Shown: positions 61,598 through 64,000 of the stretch, piece after piece
How the letters are laid out: every line of letters starts with the position of its first letter
Position numbering within the stretch: position 1 is the stretch's first letter
Source: Sporopachydermia quercuum
Lineage: Eukaryota
Reading direction: 5' to 3'
Length of the DNA stretch: 64,000 nucleotides
Assembly (NCBI GenBank): GCA_001599295.1
Contig: BCGN01000002.1
Span: forward strand, 1-64,000
Translations under genes and position numbers: made by a program
Notes under the pieces: model-generated
What the model saw: the letters and a program-made list of their open reading frames with translations, nothing else
Database searches by the model: none
Told to the model about the DNA's origin: nothing

Positions 61598-64000
61598 CTA
61601 TTTTCTACCTCGTTTATTCTTATACTGATATAACATCATGCCGTACTTCTCGATAGCAGCAGAATTGATCCATTGCATTGCCCGGATGTATTTTTTGGAC
61701 TTCGTCTTCGGCTCTTCTTCTGGTTGAACACTTGATTGCTCACTAACAGGACTTCGAGCCCGTCGAAGTTTTCTTCTTTGTCCAATACTAAGCTCACTTG
61801 CACTTTCGTCTCCCGAATTCTGTTGTTCTGTATATCTACCCTTTTCTGGTCCTTCTTCTATTTTTTGTTCGTCATCCAATCCTGATTCATTCTCTCTATC
61901 GTCGTCACTGTCAGTTTCTTCAGCGTCAGTTTCTTCATCTAGTTTTGTTTCCAGCTCTTGTAACCTTGCTTTCATACTCAGACAAATACGGTCTCTAACT
62001 TGGGTGATTTCCTTCAAAAACAAGCTTTCTCTTGACCCATAAGGATTGAGCCATTTGATAAGTTCATCTACCTGGTCTGGACTATCATAATAATACCAAT
62101 CTTCACTTCTTAGGGATACTCTTGGTAGTTCTTCTAATGCTTTCCGTTGTCTTGGTTCTAACAAATCATTCGTTAAAGCTTTAGGTAAGCCACCATAGTT
62201 ATCATTAGTAGTAAAATCATATTTAACTAATAGTTCATCAGTAGACGTCTCATTGTCTTTCAAAAGCTTGTTCAACCCACAAATATTATCAATGTTGTCT
62301 TTATTAATAGCATATACAGTCTCAACATCTTCGTCTGGAATCTCCAAAAATACCTTCCGTTCTTCATCTGTAGGACCCTGAACCCATAACCTTCCCATAA
62401 GATAAGCATCATCGTAAGCAATTTCGACTTCTTCACCATCACTTTCAATTCCATTCACGTCTCCTTCTATATCAGAGTCGCCGTTTTCAATGGGTATATG
62501 TCGTCTTTTTCGTTTTCTCTTAGAATACTCCAAATCTAGTTCCTCATCATCAGATTCATGTTTGCGCGAATTCTCATCATATCCGGCGTTAATTGAGTTA
62601 AATGTAGTGTCACCATTTCCGCTATTTCCAGTACTGGTTTCATTATCACTTCCATTATCATCGTCAATATCAATAGCACCAGCAGTTGTTTTCAACCCAT
62701 TAGATTCGAACCACCAGTAACGGTTATAAAACCTGTCTTTTCCAAGAAGTTTCAACCGTTGGCAATCTAACTCTTTAAGCCTTCTGTCAAAATCTTTGCC
62801 GATGCTTGCTAGCTCATTACATCTAGTTTGACGTGTCTTAATTTCAGCATGGATTTCTTGCAAGCGCGTATGATTGGGAAGAAGCACAGCTTCAAGCTCT
62901 CGAAGTATTTGCCTCCGGCCTTTCGGTGCTTCTTTTGCACCTTCAGACGTAACTGGAGTCCCGGTTGTCTTCTCTTCCTCTGTTGTTTTGGATTCTTCTT
63001 TCTGAAGTTCGGCATTTAGGATGCTGCGTCGTTCGCTCTGAAAACCTTTTATAGAATCAATGACTTGTTTATACAGCTTTCCGTTTTCCAGTTTTTCCTT
63101 TCTGACAATAGTTCCTTCATCCATACATTCTTCTAAGTATGTCTTAACAATGGGTGAGTTATATAGCAGTTCACATAGAATCTGTATAGCTCTAACACGT
63201 AATTCAATTGACAACTCAACAAGGAAACGTTGTCTGATAAGAGAAGGTGTCACCGGGTGCTCGACAGGAACCAGAACTTCGAATATTCTCCCGATATCTT
63301 GTGTCCAATCATCTACATATTGAATTTCATGAAGAACACCACATAAAATGATTTGCCATCCCCCATCTTTGAATAGCTTTCGATTTAATCTTTCTGACCA
63401 ATGTAAATTCTTGTAATTAAGAATAGTGTTGATTTTGCTTTTATCTTCTTCTGTATTATCGCGGTCCATTTCCGTTTGTCCATTCTCTTGCTCTTCCTCT
63501 TCTTGTTCATCTTCTCGCTCATCTTCATCTTCCCCATTTTGTTCATTTTGTTTCTCTTTCCTCTCCTTATCAGTTCCTGAGGTAGCTGCAGCATCATTAT
63601 CTACAGTAACGTTGGATTCCGGCTTCTCCACATCTTTTCCATTTTCATAACTGTGAAGCTTACTGGCTGCGTTTCCCTTTTCCTCTTCTTGATCTTCATC
63701 GTCCAGTTTTTCATCGTCAAACTCATTTCCTAAAACTTTACTAGAACGCTTTTCAAACAACTCACGAGGTATAAAATATGAAAAAACATTCAGCGTTTCA
63801 TGTTCTCCACTAACACAGTTGAGTAATGCACAAAATATCTCATCTAGCAATACACAGTCTTGGTCGAGTTCTCTGAACTTCAATGCTTCTAAATAGTCGT
63901 CAAAAGAGAAGTTATCAATCACCAAAGGGGTTTTGTACACGTTGATAAATTCCCAAGTTTGCAGTAAAACTGAAAGCATAGGATATCCTGCTTTGTTTTG
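61598..64000 (-). CDS. ITC1: ISWI-complex accessory subunit with DDT and WHIM/WSD regions. The 5' end lies beyond the window
   Basis: LLQTWEFINVY..FSFDDYLEAL (DDT), LGKDRFYNRYWWFE, MGRLWVQGP and WYYYDSPDQVDELIKWLNPYGSRE. Confidence 0.85.
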   Translation of the reverse strand, partial: QNKAGYPMLSVLLQTWEFINVYKTPLVIDNFSFDDYLEALKFRELDQDCVLLDEIFCALLNCVSGEHETLNVFSYFIPRELFEKRSSKVLGNEFDDEKLDDEDQEEEKGNAASKLHSYENGKDVEKPESNVTVDNDAAATSGTDKERKEKQNEQNGEDEDEREDEQEEEEQENGQTEMDRDNTEEDKSKINTILNYKNLHWSERLNRKLFKDGGWQIILCGVLHEIQYVDDWTQDIGRIFEVLVPVEHPVTPSLIRQRFLVELSIELRVRAIQILCELLYNSPIVKTYLEECMDEGTIVRKEKLENGKLYKQVIDSIKGFQSERRSILNAELQKEESKTTEEEKTTGTPVTSEGAKEAPKGRRQILRELEAVLLPNHTRLQEIHAEIKTRQTRCNELASIGKDFDRRLKELDCQRLKLLGKDRFYNRYWWFESNGLKTTAGAIDIDDDNGSDNETSTGNSGNGDTTFNSINAGYDENSRKHESDDEELDLEYSKRKRKRRHIPIENGDSDIEGDVNGIESDGEEVEIAYDDAYLMGRLWVQGPTDEERKVFLEIPDEDVETVYAINKDNIDNICGLNKLLKDNETSTDELLVKYDFTTNDNYGGLPKALTNDLLEPRQRKALEELPRVSLRSEDWYYYDSPDQVDELIKWLNPYGSRESLFLKEITQVRDRICLSMKARLQELETKLDEETDAEETDSDDDRENESGLDDEQKIEEGPEKGRYTEQQNSGDESASELSIGQRRKLRRARSPVSEQSSVQPEEEPKTKSKKYIRAMQWINSAAIEKYGMMLYQYKNKRGRK

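Overview
AT-rich fungal DNA, most likely from an intron-containing budding yeast of an early-diverging lineage (inferred from GTAAGT/GTATGT donors, CTAAC branch points close to the AG, and SNT2/THI6/CBP3/ITC1-type genes). The window appears to start at a chromosome end with an 11-bp repeat (CCTCCCAACTA)n. A diverged inverted duplication of about 8 kb (about 96-8500 and 43000-50975) carries LEA1 and SNT2. The telomere-adjacent SNT2 is intact and the internal copy is a pseudogene. Between the arms lies a ~34 kb island in which every recognisable gene is glycan-related: GT8, two acyltransferase-3 genes, three GT25-like genes, two GT34-like genes, a stand-alone UDP-glucose 4-epimerase (GAL10), and pseudogenes of the same families. 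A GT32 gene lies just outside the inner arm. This looks like a subtelomeric cluster for a galactosylated, O-acylated surface or extracellular glycan that is turning over quickly. The island also has four related solo LTRs (two with swapped target-site duplications, which records an inversion), a 56-bp perfect palindrome, internal telomere-repeat copies and reshuffled intergenic duplications. A decayed 25S rRNA fragment lies next to the inner arm. Ordinary core genes (THI6, CBP3, partial ITC1) start at about 56 kb. All homology calls come from motif recognition by eye; no searches were run.
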